Assembly: GCA_965237415.1 (NCBI GenBank)
Contig: CBDEFM010000001.1
Location: 640,001 to 704,000 of the forward strand
Length of the DNA: 64,000 bases
Source: Alphaproteobacteria bacterium
GTDB lineage: Bacteria > Pseudomonadota > Alphaproteobacteria > UBA828
Direction of reading: 5' to 3'
The position numbers and the translations under genes were made by a program. Of the stretch, positions 53,849 through 63,629 are shown in pieces. The notes below the pieces were generated by a model. That model worked only from the letters and a program-made list of their open reading frames with translations. It ran no database searches and was not told where the DNA came from. Positions within the stretch are counted from its first letter, which is position 1. Every line of letters starts with the position of its first letter.

Positions 53849-54274
53849 TTAGCTATGTCTCTGTCCGTTTGCCTCTAGTGTTCTGCACGTAGGGCAAAGA
53901 GCATCCCCCGGCGGGCGGTCAAGTTGCTCAAGGAAGTTTGTCGTGGGCCACCCAGAGCAGTTCTCGACCCAATGCCACCAGCCGCCGAAGGCGGTCTGCT
54001 GTGCACGTCGATACATTCGAAGCTCCTTGCGCCCCGCGTGGGTCAACACATGCCGTCCTGCCGGTGTCTGAACCAGATGACCAACCTGTCGAATGGCGTA
54101 TCTGATGATTCCGGCGCGAGAGGTCGTGGTCGTCACAGTGGAATCGGGGTCGATATTTCGCGTCAAATCGGCGATGTGCTCGCCGATGGCCAGCATTGAG
54201 GCTAGGTCCGTCGCATTCGCCCGAAACGACAAGTTCGCTTCTTCCTTGAGGTCGTCGTCCTGCTTGTCCGCCAC
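53849..54274 (-). CDS. Hypothetical protein, RHH-like N-terminus plus C-terminal Cys/His zinc-binding module
   Basis: GGAGGG before GTG; LSFRANA...SRAGIIRYAI; WHWVENC..WP...LCPTC. Confidence 0.5.
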   Translation of the reverse strand: MADKQDDDLKEEANLSFRANATDLASMLAIGEHIADLTRNIDPDSTVTTTTSRAGIIRYAIRQVGHLVQTPAGRHVLTHAGRKELRMYRRAQQTAFGGWWHWVENCSGWPTTNFLEQLDRPPGDALCPTCRTLEANGQRHS

Positions 54275-54670
54275 CGGTTCCCTCCTGCATCGTTCGCCCA
54301 AGGATGTAGCACGTAGAAGGTTTATGTGCAACCCGGACGTACTAAGACGGACATTGGCAGACGTCGTAGTTCCAGGAAGGGGTCCATAGAGGCAGCCGCG
54401 CCGTGGTCCGTCTGAATGCGGCTCACGGCGAGGAACCGATGGTGGAAGATCGGCGCGGCAGGTAGGTAAGGCCGCGAGTGCAGTGGCAGCCCCACCCACG
54501 GCACGATTTGGCCGTCATTCTGGCCGAAGTTCACCAGCGTCCTCCTAAGGCTGCCCGCCGCGGAGAGGGCGGGGCGGGCCTCGCTGGGAGCGGGCCGGCG
54601 GTTGGGACTCCGGAGGGAGCGGTGCCGCCGTCTCTTTTTCGCCTGTTCGAAGCAGCACGGCACGACGCAG

Positions 54671-55093
54671 TCAGCGGAGCACGGTACGGCTCTTCTTAGA
54701 GCGAGCTAGTTCAAGGAAGCGGGTCTTGATCCGTGCGAGCAGTCTTGGCGGGATGAAACCGTAGCTGAAGGTGTCCGGCTGACTGGGCAGCGGAGACAGC
54801 CCGGCATTGGGCCATTCATCGATATTGTGCTCCGACACGATCACCCAGCTCGGCGCGTCGTCGAGGCCCAAGGCCTGACTGACGCGCGCCGGGACTTCGA
54901 TTCCCACGGTATCGCCCGCGGGCGGTGTATGGGTGATCGGCAGTAGAACGACGTAGCGCGGAAGAACCGCCGGATCGGCGGCTACCAGACAGGACGGACG
55001 GGTCTTGCCCTGGTCGTGACCGGCGGCGGCCTCATGCATCCAGAGGTAGTCGTAGCGGATGACCAGGCCCGGCTTCGGATCAGGAAGCGCCAC
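54671..55093 (-). CDS. PemK/MazF-like toxin
   Basis: LPDPKPGLVIRYDYLW...GKTRPSCLV...LLPITHTPP...SWVIVSE.N...W; downstream of a Phd antitoxin. Confidence 0.72.
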   Translation of the reverse strand: MALPDPKPGLVIRYDYLWMHEAAAGHDQGKTRPSCLVAADPAVLPRYVVLLPITHTPPAGDTVGIEVPARVSQALGLDDAPSWVIVSEHNIDEWPNAGLSPLPSQPDTFSYGFIPPRLLARIKTRFLELARSKKSRTVLR

Positions 55094-55185
55094 CCTTCGC
55101 TCCTGCGTCGTTCGTCGGAGGTCTTGTAGCACAGTGCAGTGACATGTGCAACAATGACATACGACGTTGGGCGTAGACGCACGTG

Positions 55186-55296
55186 CTAGCGCGATCCAGT
55201 GCGAGTAGGATCCGCCGCGCCGTGGTCCATCTGGATGCCGCTCCAGAGGCAGTCGTAGCGGACGACCAGGTCCGGCTTCGGATCGGGAAGCGGCAC
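55186..55296 (-). pseudogene. Truncated duplicate of the toxin 5' end
   Basis: VPLPDPKPDLVVRYDCLW...* parallels 55093-55040. Confidence 0.65.
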
Positions 55297-55306
55297 CGCT
55301 TCGTCG

Positions 55307-55561
55307 TTACGTCAGCAGGTCATCGAGCGGCTTGTGCTCTACATCCATCTCGGCGCGCTCCACGGCGTCGATGACCACATCGGCGGCGGCGTCTGTGCGA
55401 TGGCTGCGCTGTGCCGAAGCCCGAAGCCAGTCATATTGCTCCGCAGACATGAGCACGAACTCGCGGCGCCCATGCCGGGTTATCTCCACCGGCTCGCGCC
55501 GCGCCTCGTGCTGGAACCGGCCGAACTTGCGCTGGAACTCGAAGGCGCTCACGGTGGGCAT
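55307..55561 (-). CDS. Phd/YefM-family antitoxin
   Basis: VSAFEFQRKFG...A.REPVEITRHGR..FVLMSAEQY. Confidence 0.88.
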   Translation of the reverse strand: MPTVSAFEFQRKFGRFQHEARREPVEITRHGRREFVLMSAEQYDWLRASAQRSHRTDAAADVVIDAVERAEMDVEHKPLDDLLT

Positions 55562-55626
55562 GGCAGCCTCCCCAGGTAACAGGTACCTGCCGCAATATAC
55601 GTATTATCCGTAGAGATGAAAGCGGC

Positions 55627-56799
55627 TTATGGCGCAGTAACGAGATCGTTGTCGATGCTGTCGCCGATGCGCGCCGCGGACGCCTTCACGGTATCGCGGG
55701 CAAGGTGGGCGTACCGGGCGGTGGTCTGGACCTGGGTGTGACCGAGCAGTTTTCCGATCATCGGCAGCCCTTCGCCAAGCGCCAAAGCCCGTGAGGCGAA
55801 GGAATGGCGGAGGTCATGAATTCTCACATCGGGCAGCTCGGCCCGCGCCCGGATGCGCCGCCAAGGATGCTGCAGATCGGTGAGGTTGGAGCCAGGCAGC
55901 TTGCCAGCGATCACCCAGTGATTGTTTTCGTCTCTGGGCAGACAGGCCAGTAGCCGCACGGCTGAAGGCGCCAGCGGTACGGCGCGGCCGCCCGTCTTGG
56001 TGTCGGGTAACCGCAACTCGCCGGCGTCCAGGTCGACATAGTCCCAGCGCAGCTTCTGGATCTCGGAAAGCCGGCAGCCGGTCAGCATCAGCAATCGGAT
56101 GGCAACCACTGCCGAGCGGGTCTCGGAGCCGTCCTCGAGGATTTCATCCAGAACCTTGCCCAGGCGCTGGAATTCCTCGGCGCTCAAGAACCGTTCGCGC
56201 TTCTCCTCCTTGAACCGCTTGACGTGCAGGCAGGGGTTCGAGGCATCGGGGCGGAGGCCCCACACTTCGGCCAGGTTGAACATCTTGGACAGCACACCGA
56301 GCGTGCGGTTCGCCTGGTAGGGGGTCTTGCGCAAGCCGTGGTGTAACTCTGCGATGTCACTCCGCTGAACTTCGGTGACCTTGCGGCGACCGATCCTGGG
56401 ATCGATGAAGAGTTCGACCGATCGTCGGTACTCATAGGCGGTGCTCGGTTTGCAGTGGGCGGGGACGTATTCCTCCAAAAAGCGCACGCCAAGATCCTTC
56501 ACGGTCCCGATCTGCCGGTCTGCGTCCCGTTGCGCGGCCGGGTCGCCGCCGGACTTGACCTCGGAGAGCAGGGCCATCGCGCGCCGGCGCGCCTCTTCCG
56601 GGGAAATGGCCGTAACCGGTCCGAGGGTCATTCGGCGGACCCGACCGTTGGCGCGAAACTGGGCGACGAAGAACTTGCGGCCGGAAACCCTGACGCGCAG
56701 ACCGAATCCGGGCAGTTCCCGGTCCCAGTAGAAGCGATCCGATCCGTCGCTCTCAATGCGATCGATGACGCGTTTGGTGATCTTGATCTGTGCCGGCAT
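55627..56799 (-). CDS. P4-like tyrosine integrase (likely the ICE integrase)
   Basis: Arm domain WDRELPGFGLRV; GCRLSE, TKTG, HDLRH, LGH, RYAH all intact; starts about 220 nt from the tRNA fragment. Confidence 0.92.
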   Translation of the reverse strand: MPAQIKITKRVIDRIESDGSDRFYWDRELPGFGLRVRVSGRKFFVAQFRANGRVRRMTLGPVTAISPEEARRRAMALLSEVKSGGDPAAQRDADRQIGTVKDLGVRFLEEYVPAHCKPSTAYEYRRSVELFIDPRIGRRKVTEVQRSDIAELHHGLRKTPYQANRTLGVLSKMFNLAEVWGLRPDASNPCLHVKRFKEEKRERFLSAEEFQRLGKVLDEILEDGSETRSAVVAIRLLMLTGCRLSEIQKLRWDYVDLDAGELRLPDTKTGGRAVPLAPSAVRLLACLPRDENNHWVIAGKLPGSNLTDLQHPWRRIRARAELPDVRIHDLRHSFASRALALGEGLPMIGKLLGHTQVQTTARYAHLARDTVKASAARIGDSIDNDLVTAP

Positions 56800-57016
56800 G
56801 GCGTTCCCCGCTTCCCTCTCCGCTGGGAAGCACCATATCACGCTGGGAATCCCATGGGAATCACCAGAATTCAAAACCGGGACGTTCGCGAGCGTCGACT
56901 GGCGAGTAATATGGCATTTGACGACACCACTAAGCTACTGTAATATAGCGGTATTGTCGTAGATAGGCGGTGGCCGGCGAAGCGAGGGTCGAATTGGCGA
57001 AGGCATCCGATACAAA

Positions 57017-57060
57017 CTCATAACCTGAAGGTCGTAGGTTCAAATCCTACCCCGCAACCA
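57017..57060 (+). other. att site: 3' half of tRNA-Met (initiator type)
   Basis: CTCATAACCTGAAGGTCGTAGGTTCAAATCCTACCCCGCAACCA: CAT anticodon, T-arm and CCA, but no 5' half. Confidence 0.88.
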
Positions 57061-57295
57061 AAATGCACAAGAGAAGTCCGCTTACGATCTAGATGGCCGC
57101 ACTGCAAGCGCGTCGGGCTGAAGGACAGGGGCTGGTGCAAGCGGTCGGTCCGGCGGAACAGGTGATCGAGCAGGCTGGGGAGTGTCGTCGGGGCAGAAGT
57201 CGTGGACGCCGGCGCGTCGAAGATCGCGGTTCTGAGGGCCGGCAGACTGGGACCTACGCGTAACCCGCTTACTCATGCCACGGGAATTGAGGCGC

Positions 57296-58468
57296 CTACA
57301 GGATATCCGCCGCAATGCTGACGGCGACCCGCTCGGCGGATTCCCTGATGGAGTCCCGCGCGAGATGCGCATAGCGCGCGGTAGTCTCGACCCGGCGGTG
57401 ACCGAGGAGCCGGCCGATGATCGGCAGGCCTTCGCCGAGCGCCAGCGCCCTCGAAGCGAAGCTGTGCCTGATGTCGTGGATGCGCACGTCGCGGAGCCCG
57501 GCCCGCGCGCGGATGGTCTGCCACGCCCCGTCTATGTCGGTCATGTGCGTGCCCGGCTTGTGCCCCGGAATGACCCAGGGATTGCCGGGCTTGTGCGGCA
57601 GGGCTTGGAGAACCCGAACCGCCGCGGGCGACAGATGGACCTTGCGGGCGCCGGTTTTCGAGTCGCCCAGATGAATCTCGCGTGCATCGAGATCAACATG
57701 TTCCCATCGCAGCGTCAGGATTTCATTTCTGCGGCACCCCGTCAGCATCAACAGACGGATCGTCGAGATCGCGCCCGCCGAAGCGCCGCCCTTGGTCGAT
57801 ACCTCGTCGAGAACCTGGCCGAGGCGTGTGAACTCGGCATCGGTCAGGAACCGTTCCCGCTTACGCTCGGGGTTCTTCGGAATTGAGCGGCAAGGATTGC
57901 AGCCTTCCGAAACCATGTCCCAGCCCTCGGCAAGGCTGTACATGTGCGACAGCGTCTTGACCGCCATGTTCGCCATCGACGGGGTCTCGCAAAGGCGCTC
58001 GTGCAGCTCCATGACGTGCCTGCGCTCCACCGCCGCCAGCGGCAGCTTGCCGAGCGTCGGCACGATATGGCGGTTGACGGTGCTGCGGGTCGTCTTCGCG
58101 GTCTTCGGCTTGCAGCGATGCGCGACATGGTCTTCGAGATAGCGCCGCGCCAGGTCGGCGATCGTCGGGCCGTCGGCGAATTTCGCGGCGAGCGGCAGGG
58201 GGACCGGGTCCTCGCCCGCCTTGACCCGGGCGATGATGAGCGCCGCTCGCTGGCGCGCCTGTTCGGCGCCGAGGACCGTGTGGCGCCCGACCGTCACCCG
58301 CTTCGGCCCCTCCGGCCCCCGCGCTTGGGCAACATAGACCTTGCCCCCGGACGGATAGACCCTGATTCCGAACCCGGTCAGATCGCGGTCCCAGAACACC
58401 GTGTCGCGTTCGACGGCCAGTGCGGCCACCGTGCGGTTCGAGAGGGTCTTGTATTGCAACATCGCCAT
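57296..58468 (-). CDS. P4-like tyrosine integrase, tandem paralog 1
   Basis: WDRDLTGFGIRV; GCRRNE, SKTG, HDIRH, LGH, RYAH. Confidence 0.92.
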   Translation of the reverse strand: MAMLQYKTLSNRTVAALAVERDTVFWDRDLTGFGIRVYPSGGKVYVAQARGPEGPKRVTVGRHTVLGAEQARQRAALIIARVKAGEDPVPLPLAAKFADGPTIADLARRYLEDHVAHRCKPKTAKTTRSTVNRHIVPTLGKLPLAAVERRHVMELHERLCETPSMANMAVKTLSHMYSLAEGWDMVSEGCNPCRSIPKNPERKRERFLTDAEFTRLGQVLDEVSTKGGASAGAISTIRLLMLTGCRRNEILTLRWEHVDLDAREIHLGDSKTGARKVHLSPAAVRVLQALPHKPGNPWVIPGHKPGTHMTDIDGAWQTIRARAGLRDVRIHDIRHSFASRALALGEGLPIIGRLLGHRRVETTARYAHLARDSIRESAERVAVSIAADIL

Positions 58469-58492
58469 CGCGTTCTCCCCGACCGACCGGCT

Positions 58493-59677
58493 TCACGCCG
58501 CCTCGACGTTTTCCGATATGAGGTGGGCGCCGATGCTGTCGCCGGTGCGGGCCGCGGCGGCCTTCTCCGCGTCCTGCACGAGATGCGCGTAGCGGGCGGT
58601 GGTCCCGACCTTCGAATGGCCGAGGAGCCGGCCGATCATCGTCAGGTTTTCGCCGAGCGCCAAAGCGCGCGAGGCATGGGAATGCCTCAAGTCGTGGATG
58701 CGAACATTCTCCAGACCGGCAAGCGCCTGGATCCGGTTCCAGTAGTAGGAAAGGTCCGGCAGGCAGGCGTCGGGCTTGCGGCTCCGGATGACCCAGGGAT
58801 TGCCGTCGATCCGCTCGATGCCGTCGAGCACCTTCAGAACCGGCGTCGTCAGCGGCACCATGCGCGGGCCGACCTTGCCCTCACGGAGCCGCAACTCGCC
58901 TGCCATGCGGTCCACGTCGTCCCACCGCAGGGTAAGGATTTCGGACTTCCGGCAGCCCGTCAGCATCAACAGCCGGATTGCCGCGATCGCCGACGGCCAC
59001 ATCGATCCGTCGGCTTCCGCTTCCCGCAGGGCCGCACCGACTTCGCGGTATTCTTCCGGCGTCAGGAACCGCTCCCGGGATTGCTCGGGGTATTGGCGTA
59101 CCGCCCGGCAGGGATTGCGGTGCGGAGGCACCAGCTCCCAGGTCTGGGCCAGCGAGAACATCTTCGACAGAACCCTGACGACATGGTTGGCCATGGAAGG
59201 CGTGTCGCGGAGGCGATCGTGGAGCGCGATGACATCCTTCGACCCGACGTCCTTCACGGCCATGGTCCCGAGCGCGGGAAGGATGTGCCTGTCGATGGCA
59301 ACCCTGTACAGCTCGACGGTCTTCGGCTTGCAATGGACGGTCACGTAGGCGCGGAGGCTGCGCGCCGAGAGATCGGCGACGGTGGGCTCGGGCTGGGCCT
59401 TGGGCGGGAACGGGTCCTCGCCGCGCTTGATGCGGTCGATGACGGCCGCCGCTTCACGCCGTCTCTCGTCGATCGCGATCCCGGCAAAGGGCCCCAGCGT
59501 CACGCGCCTGGGGCCGGCGGGTCCCCGGGACTGGACGACGTAAACCTTCCGGCCGGAGGCCTGGACGCGCACACCGAACCCGGCGAGATCCCGGTCCCAG
59601 AAGACGGCGTCCTTGCCGGTGACCGGCAGGGCGCCGATGCTGCGGGTGGTGAGTCGGAGGGTGCTTCTCTTCGGCAT
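58493..59677 (-). CDS. P4-like tyrosine integrase, tandem paralog 2
   Basis: WDRDLAGFGVRV; GCRKSE, GKVG, HDLRH, LGH, RYAH. Confidence 0.92.
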   Translation of the reverse strand: MPKRSTLRLTTRSIGALPVTGKDAVFWDRDLAGFGVRVQASGRKVYVVQSRGPAGPRRVTLGPFAGIAIDERRREAAAVIDRIKRGEDPFPPKAQPEPTVADLSARSLRAYVTVHCKPKTVELYRVAIDRHILPALGTMAVKDVGSKDVIALHDRLRDTPSMANHVVRVLSKMFSLAQTWELVPPHRNPCRAVRQYPEQSRERFLTPEEYREVGAALREAEADGSMWPSAIAAIRLLMLTGCRKSEILTLRWDDVDRMAGELRLREGKVGPRMVPLTTPVLKVLDGIERIDGNPWVIRSRKPDACLPDLSYYWNRIQALAGLENVRIHDLRHSHASRALALGENLTMIGRLLGHSKVGTTARYAHLVQDAEKAAAARTGDSIGAHLISENVEAA

Positions 59678-59835
59678 TGCGATTCCCCGGCGGTCCGATG
59701 CGGCCCGGATTGTGTAAGCAAACCGCAAACGAGCGGCATCAATCTGTGGGGGTATCAGAGCGTATGTTTGGCATTGACGCAAGGGGTGGGGAACGACGGG
59801 AGTGAAAATATCACCAAAGATAACAGTCTCTTAGG

Positions 59836-60663
59836 CTACGCATGGCACTCCAAGGCATCGTTTGGCAACAGGCCGAAGATATAGCCTGTCTTTCTGTCGG
59901 GCAGGAACAGTCTGCCCTCGCGGTAGAAGCGCCATTTCAGAGTGACGATCTCGCCGGTGCGGCATCCGGTGAGCAGCAACAGCCGTATGATCGCCTCGGC
60001 CGGTGGGTACTCGGCTTCATGACGCGCAAGCACCTCGCCCAGTCGACGGATTTCCGCCGTCGAAATGAAGCGCTCCCGCCCCCGGCGACGATAGCGCTTG
60101 ATACCGGCGCACGGATTGGTTCCCTCCGGCCGGTAGCCATAGACCTCGGCTTGGCGCATGATGACCGAGAGGACGGGAGCCGAGCGGTCCGCCGCTGCCG
60201 GGGTATTGTGGAGCGCCGCGAACCAGCGGCGAACGTCGCGGGCGGTGATGTCGCCGATCGGGCGCCCCTTGAACCAGGGTAGGATTTGGTTGTGGTAGTA
60301 GCCCCGGTTAACCCTGAGCGTCGAGGGTTTCCAGTTTCGGGCGTAGCGCCGAAAAACTTCGTCGGCGACCGTCTCGAACGCGGTGTCGGGCATCGCCGCA
60401 GCCTGCGTGTCGTGTCCTTCCCGAATTTCGGCCAGCATGGTCTTGGACCTGGCGCGGGCCTCGTCTGCACGGATGGAACCGGCCTCACCGACGATCTTCC
60501 AGACTCGCCGGCCGCGGTGCTGGCTGTGGACGAAGTACCGCTTGGCGCCCGAGGGCAGGACCCTGACGCCGAAGCCCTTCAGATCGCGGTCGCGGAGGTC
60601 GTAGGCGGATTTGCGCGCCTTGAGCGCGTGGACACGGCGCTGGTCGAGGCGAACGGTTGCCAT
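59836..60663 (-). pseudogene. P4-like tyrosine integrase, tandem paralog 3, C-terminally truncated
   Basis: DRDLKGFGVRV; GCRTGE, RKTG, then homology is lost near 59885 (no HxxR or Tyr). Confidence 0.85.
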
Positions 60664-60841
60664 TGGATTCCCTCCTGCAGTCTGTTGCAGCCGGGGAGAA
60701 AACGCGGACCGATTCCGCGTCCACCGGCTAGAACAGGAGGAAAAAAGCAACTCTGTATCAGTATGTTAGCACTATAGGTGCGCGACCAGGTGTGCGTTCA
60801 GGAGATCCTGCCGCCGGAGAGATAGACGGCGGTCAGCGCCG

Positions 60842-61759
60842 TCACGGCTCCACCGGCGGCGTCGGCTGGCGCCGCGCCGCGTGGATCAGCAGCGCGACCC
60901 CCGCCAGCATCAGCACGGCGGCGGCCCAAACGTAAGCGCTGTGGCTCTCGTTGAAGAAGAGAATGCCCCAGCCGAGGCCCGCCACCACCACCACATAGTT
61001 GAACTGCGAGAAGAACACCGGCCCGGCCGCGCGGACGATGATGAGGAAGGTGATGTACATGGTGATGGTGACGCCGGCGGCGCCGAGGATCGCAAGGTCG
61101 GCGGCGGTGTCCGGCCCCGGCACCACATAGGTCTCGCCGAGCCCGATCATCACCGGCGCCAGCAGAATCGCGGCCGCCGCCACGATACCGCTCGCAAACG
61201 TCAGCACCGGCGTCTCCGGCGGGTCGATCAGGGCCGCGAGGTTGTTTGTCAGCGCGAAGGAGGCGGGCGCCAACAGTGCGAGCAAGAACCAGCCGACCAT
61301 GCCGGGCTCGGGCAGGGAAATTGCGGGGATCGTCATGAGCAGGATGCCGCCCACCCCGCACAACACGCCGATCAGGCTGAGCGCGCGGAGCCGCTCCAGC
61401 CGAAGCGTCAGCGCGATCAGATAGGTGATCGGCGGCGAGAGAATCACCACCATCGAGAGGATGCCCGTCGGCAGCTTCGGCGCGAGCCAAGTCATCAGCG
61501 CGACGGGCGCGGCGATGCCGAACAGCCCGAGCACGAAATAGGCCTTGAGGTGCCGGGCTTCCAGCCTGGGCAGGGCACGCCGCCAGGCGGCGACTATCAG
61601 CAACAGGACTGCCGCGCCGAGGGTCTGCCAGAAGGTGAAGGCGACCGGCGGCGTGCCCGCCTCGACCGCGATCTTGTTCATCGTGAAGATGAGCGGATAG
61701 ATCGCCCCGATCGTGAACAGCAGGAAGATCGGGAGAGAAAGCGGCCCGCGGCGCCGCAT
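60842..61759 (-). CDS. DMT/EamA-family transporter
   Basis: About 10 TM helices in two EamA repeats; AGPVFFSQ...GILFFNE. Confidence 0.88.
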   Translation of the reverse strand: MRRRGPLSLPIFLLFTIGAIYPLIFTMNKIAVEAGTPPVAFTFWQTLGAAVLLLIVAAWRRALPRLEARHLKAYFVLGLFGIAAPVALMTWLAPKLPTGILSMVVILSPPITYLIALTLRLERLRALSLIGVLCGVGGILLMTIPAISLPEPGMVGWFLLALLAPASFALTNNLAALIDPPETPVLTFASGIVAAAAILLAPVMIGLGETYVVPGPDTAADLAILGAAGVTITMYITFLIIVRAAGPVFFSQFNYVVVVAGLGWGILFFNESHSAYVWAAAVLMLAGVALLIHAARRQPTPPVEP

Positions 61760-61786
61760 GGAACGTGAAGGCTGGAAGGCTAGAAG

Positions 61787-62590
61787 CTAGAGGGCGGCTA
61801 CGCCGGCTGTGCGCTCAGGTTCCGCCAGAAGGCAGTCGTCCGCGAGCGGCTCAATCGGGGTGAAGTCCCGGTGCGCGATGTACTCCGGCCGCTGGAAGCG
61901 GCGGATCGCGTTGTCTACTCGATTGGCCGAGAAATAGACCGCAAGCCGGCCCCACGGCGACATGTTGGGCGCAGAACCGTGCACCAGATTGCAGTGGAAG
62001 AGCAACGCAGCGCCGGGCTCGCCCTTGGGCGCGACAATTCCCCCTTCCGCCACCAGCCGCTCGATCGTTTCGTTGTCGACGGTCCAGAGCGGATAGCTCG
62101 TGGTGTCGGTGTCGTGGCCGGCCTCGATCCGGCCCCGACGGTGCGAGCGGGGAATGAACATCAGCGGGCCGTTGAACTCGTTCACCGGATCGAGGAAGAC
62201 CGCGAGGTTCATGGCCCGGGGCTCGGCCATCAAGTCGTCCCGCGACCACGTGCCGTAATCCTGATGCCACTGCCAGACGTCGCCGTCGAAGGCGGCCTTG
62301 GCGTTCACCTTGAACTGGTGGATGTAGATGGGGCCGCCGAGGACCTGCATCGCAGGCTCGACCAGGCGCGGATGGCAGGAGAGCCGCCAGTAGATGTCGC
62401 TATAGGTGTGGACCCCGAAGGCGGTGCGCACCGCGCCGTTCCGCTCGCGCACGATCTCCGGCCCCTTGCGGGCGAAAACCGCGGGCAGCGCCGCGCGCAG
62501 CACCGCGGCCTCCGCCGCCGAGAAGAGCTCCGGCAGGAAAAGATAGCCCTCGCGGTCCAGGGTCTCGCATTGTTCGGCTGAAAGCTTCAT
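61787..62590 (-). CDS. PhyH-family Fe(II)/2OG dioxygenase (EctD/proline hydroxylase-like)
   Basis: YIHQFKVNAK..FDGDVWQWHQDYGTW..D...NGPLMFIPRSH...FHCNLVHGS..N. Confidence 0.85.
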   Translation of the reverse strand: MKLSAEQCETLDREGYLFLPELFSAAEAAVLRAALPAVFARKGPEIVRERNGAVRTAFGVHTYSDIYWRLSCHPRLVEPAMQVLGGPIYIHQFKVNAKAAFDGDVWQWHQDYGTWSRDDLMAEPRAMNLAVFLDPVNEFNGPLMFIPRSHRRGRIEAGHDTDTTSYPLWTVDNETIERLVAEGGIVAPKGEPGAALLFHCNLVHGSAPNMSPWGRLAVYFSANRVDNAIRRFQRPEYIAHRDFTPIEPLADDCLLAEPERTAGVAAL

Positions 62591-62680
62591 CGGCCGCTCC
62601 CTCCTGCGCCTCACGCGCAAATTGCGCCGACAGAGCCGGGTGCGTCAAGACGCCAAGTGCGGGCGCTACGTTGCCGCTGC

Positions 62681-63613
62681 CTAATCGGATGCTTTGCTGG
62701 CAGGGGCGGGCGGCCGGTTGACCAAGAAGAGGCCCGCGAGCATCAGGACCAGCGCAAGCCAGATCCAATAGCTGTGGCTTTCGCCGAAGAAGAGCACGCC
62801 CCAGCCGATGCCGGTAAGCGGGATCATGAAGTTGACCGTCGTAAAGAACACGGGGCCCGCGAGGCGGATGATCTCGACCATCAGGTAGAAGACGAGCGCC
62901 GTGACCCCCGCCGCGCCGGCCAGCGCCCAATCGCCGTCGGTCATCGGCCCCTCGAACCACCACCACTGGCCGGTCGCCGCCATCACGACGAACATGAATA
63001 GGGCCCCGGTCGCCAGAACGCCGCCGGCCAGCGGTAGCGCGCCGGCGGCCGGCGGCTTGAGCCACGAGATGATCAGCGCGTTCGCGACATAGAGCACCGG
63101 CGCGACGAAGCTCAGCAACACCCAGGGCGCCATGTCCGGGGTAGGAAGGCTGGTTTCGGGGACCACCACCAGCGCGACGCCGCCGACGCCGAGAACCAGC
63201 CCGACGGTGCGGATCGTGCGGAAGCGGTCCATGCGAAAGAGCGCGGCGGCCGGATACGTGAGGATGGGCGTGAGCGTCGCGCCGAGGCCCAGCACACCCG
63301 CCGGAACCTTGGGCGCGACGAAGGCCAGCACGGTGTAGGTCATGCCGAATGAGATCGTGCCGAGCGCGATGTAGCCGCGCATGTGCTCCCACGAGAGCTT
63401 GGGCAGCGTGCGGAACACCGCGCCCAGACCCAGCAGGATGAGCGCGGCACCTGTCCCCATCCAGAACACGTAGGGGATGAAGGGAATGCCGTCGGTGGTC
63501 GCCAGCCGGTTGAGAGAATAGAGGATCCCCCAGCCGAGGGCCGAGACCACCAGCAGAACTGCCGACCAGAGGAGCGCGTATGCGCCGTCGCCACGCGGTG
63601 TGGGCTCCGTCAC
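62681..63613 (-). CDS. DMT/EamA-family transporter
   Basis: About 10 TM helices; paralog of 60842-61759. Confidence 0.88.
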   Translation of the reverse strand: MTEPTPRGDGAYALLWSAVLLVVSALGWGILYSLNRLATTDGIPFIPYVFWMGTGAALILLGLGAVFRTLPKLSWEHMRGYIALGTISFGMTYTVLAFVAPKVPAGVLGLGATLTPILTYPAAALFRMDRFRTIRTVGLVLGVGGVALVVVPETSLPTPDMAPWVLLSFVAPVLYVANALIISWLKPPAAGALPLAGGVLATGALFMFVVMAATGQWWWFEGPMTDGDWALAGAAGVTALVFYLMVEIIRLAGPVFFTTVNFMIPLTGIGWGVLFFGESHSYWIWLALVLMLAGLFLVNRPPAPASKASD

Positions 63614-63629
63614 ACGCTGTCCCCCGGCT

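Noticed and set aside
57017-57060. Functional tRNA-Met
   Set aside because: The 5' acceptor strand and D-arm are missing; treated as an att site.
59833-59886. Short MITE truncating integrase paralog 3
   Set aside because: Only a short imperfect inverted match (AGGCTA..TAGCCT) and no clear TSD.
61787-62590. ectD
   Set aside because: The motif resembles but does not match the EctD signature, and no ect genes are adjacent.
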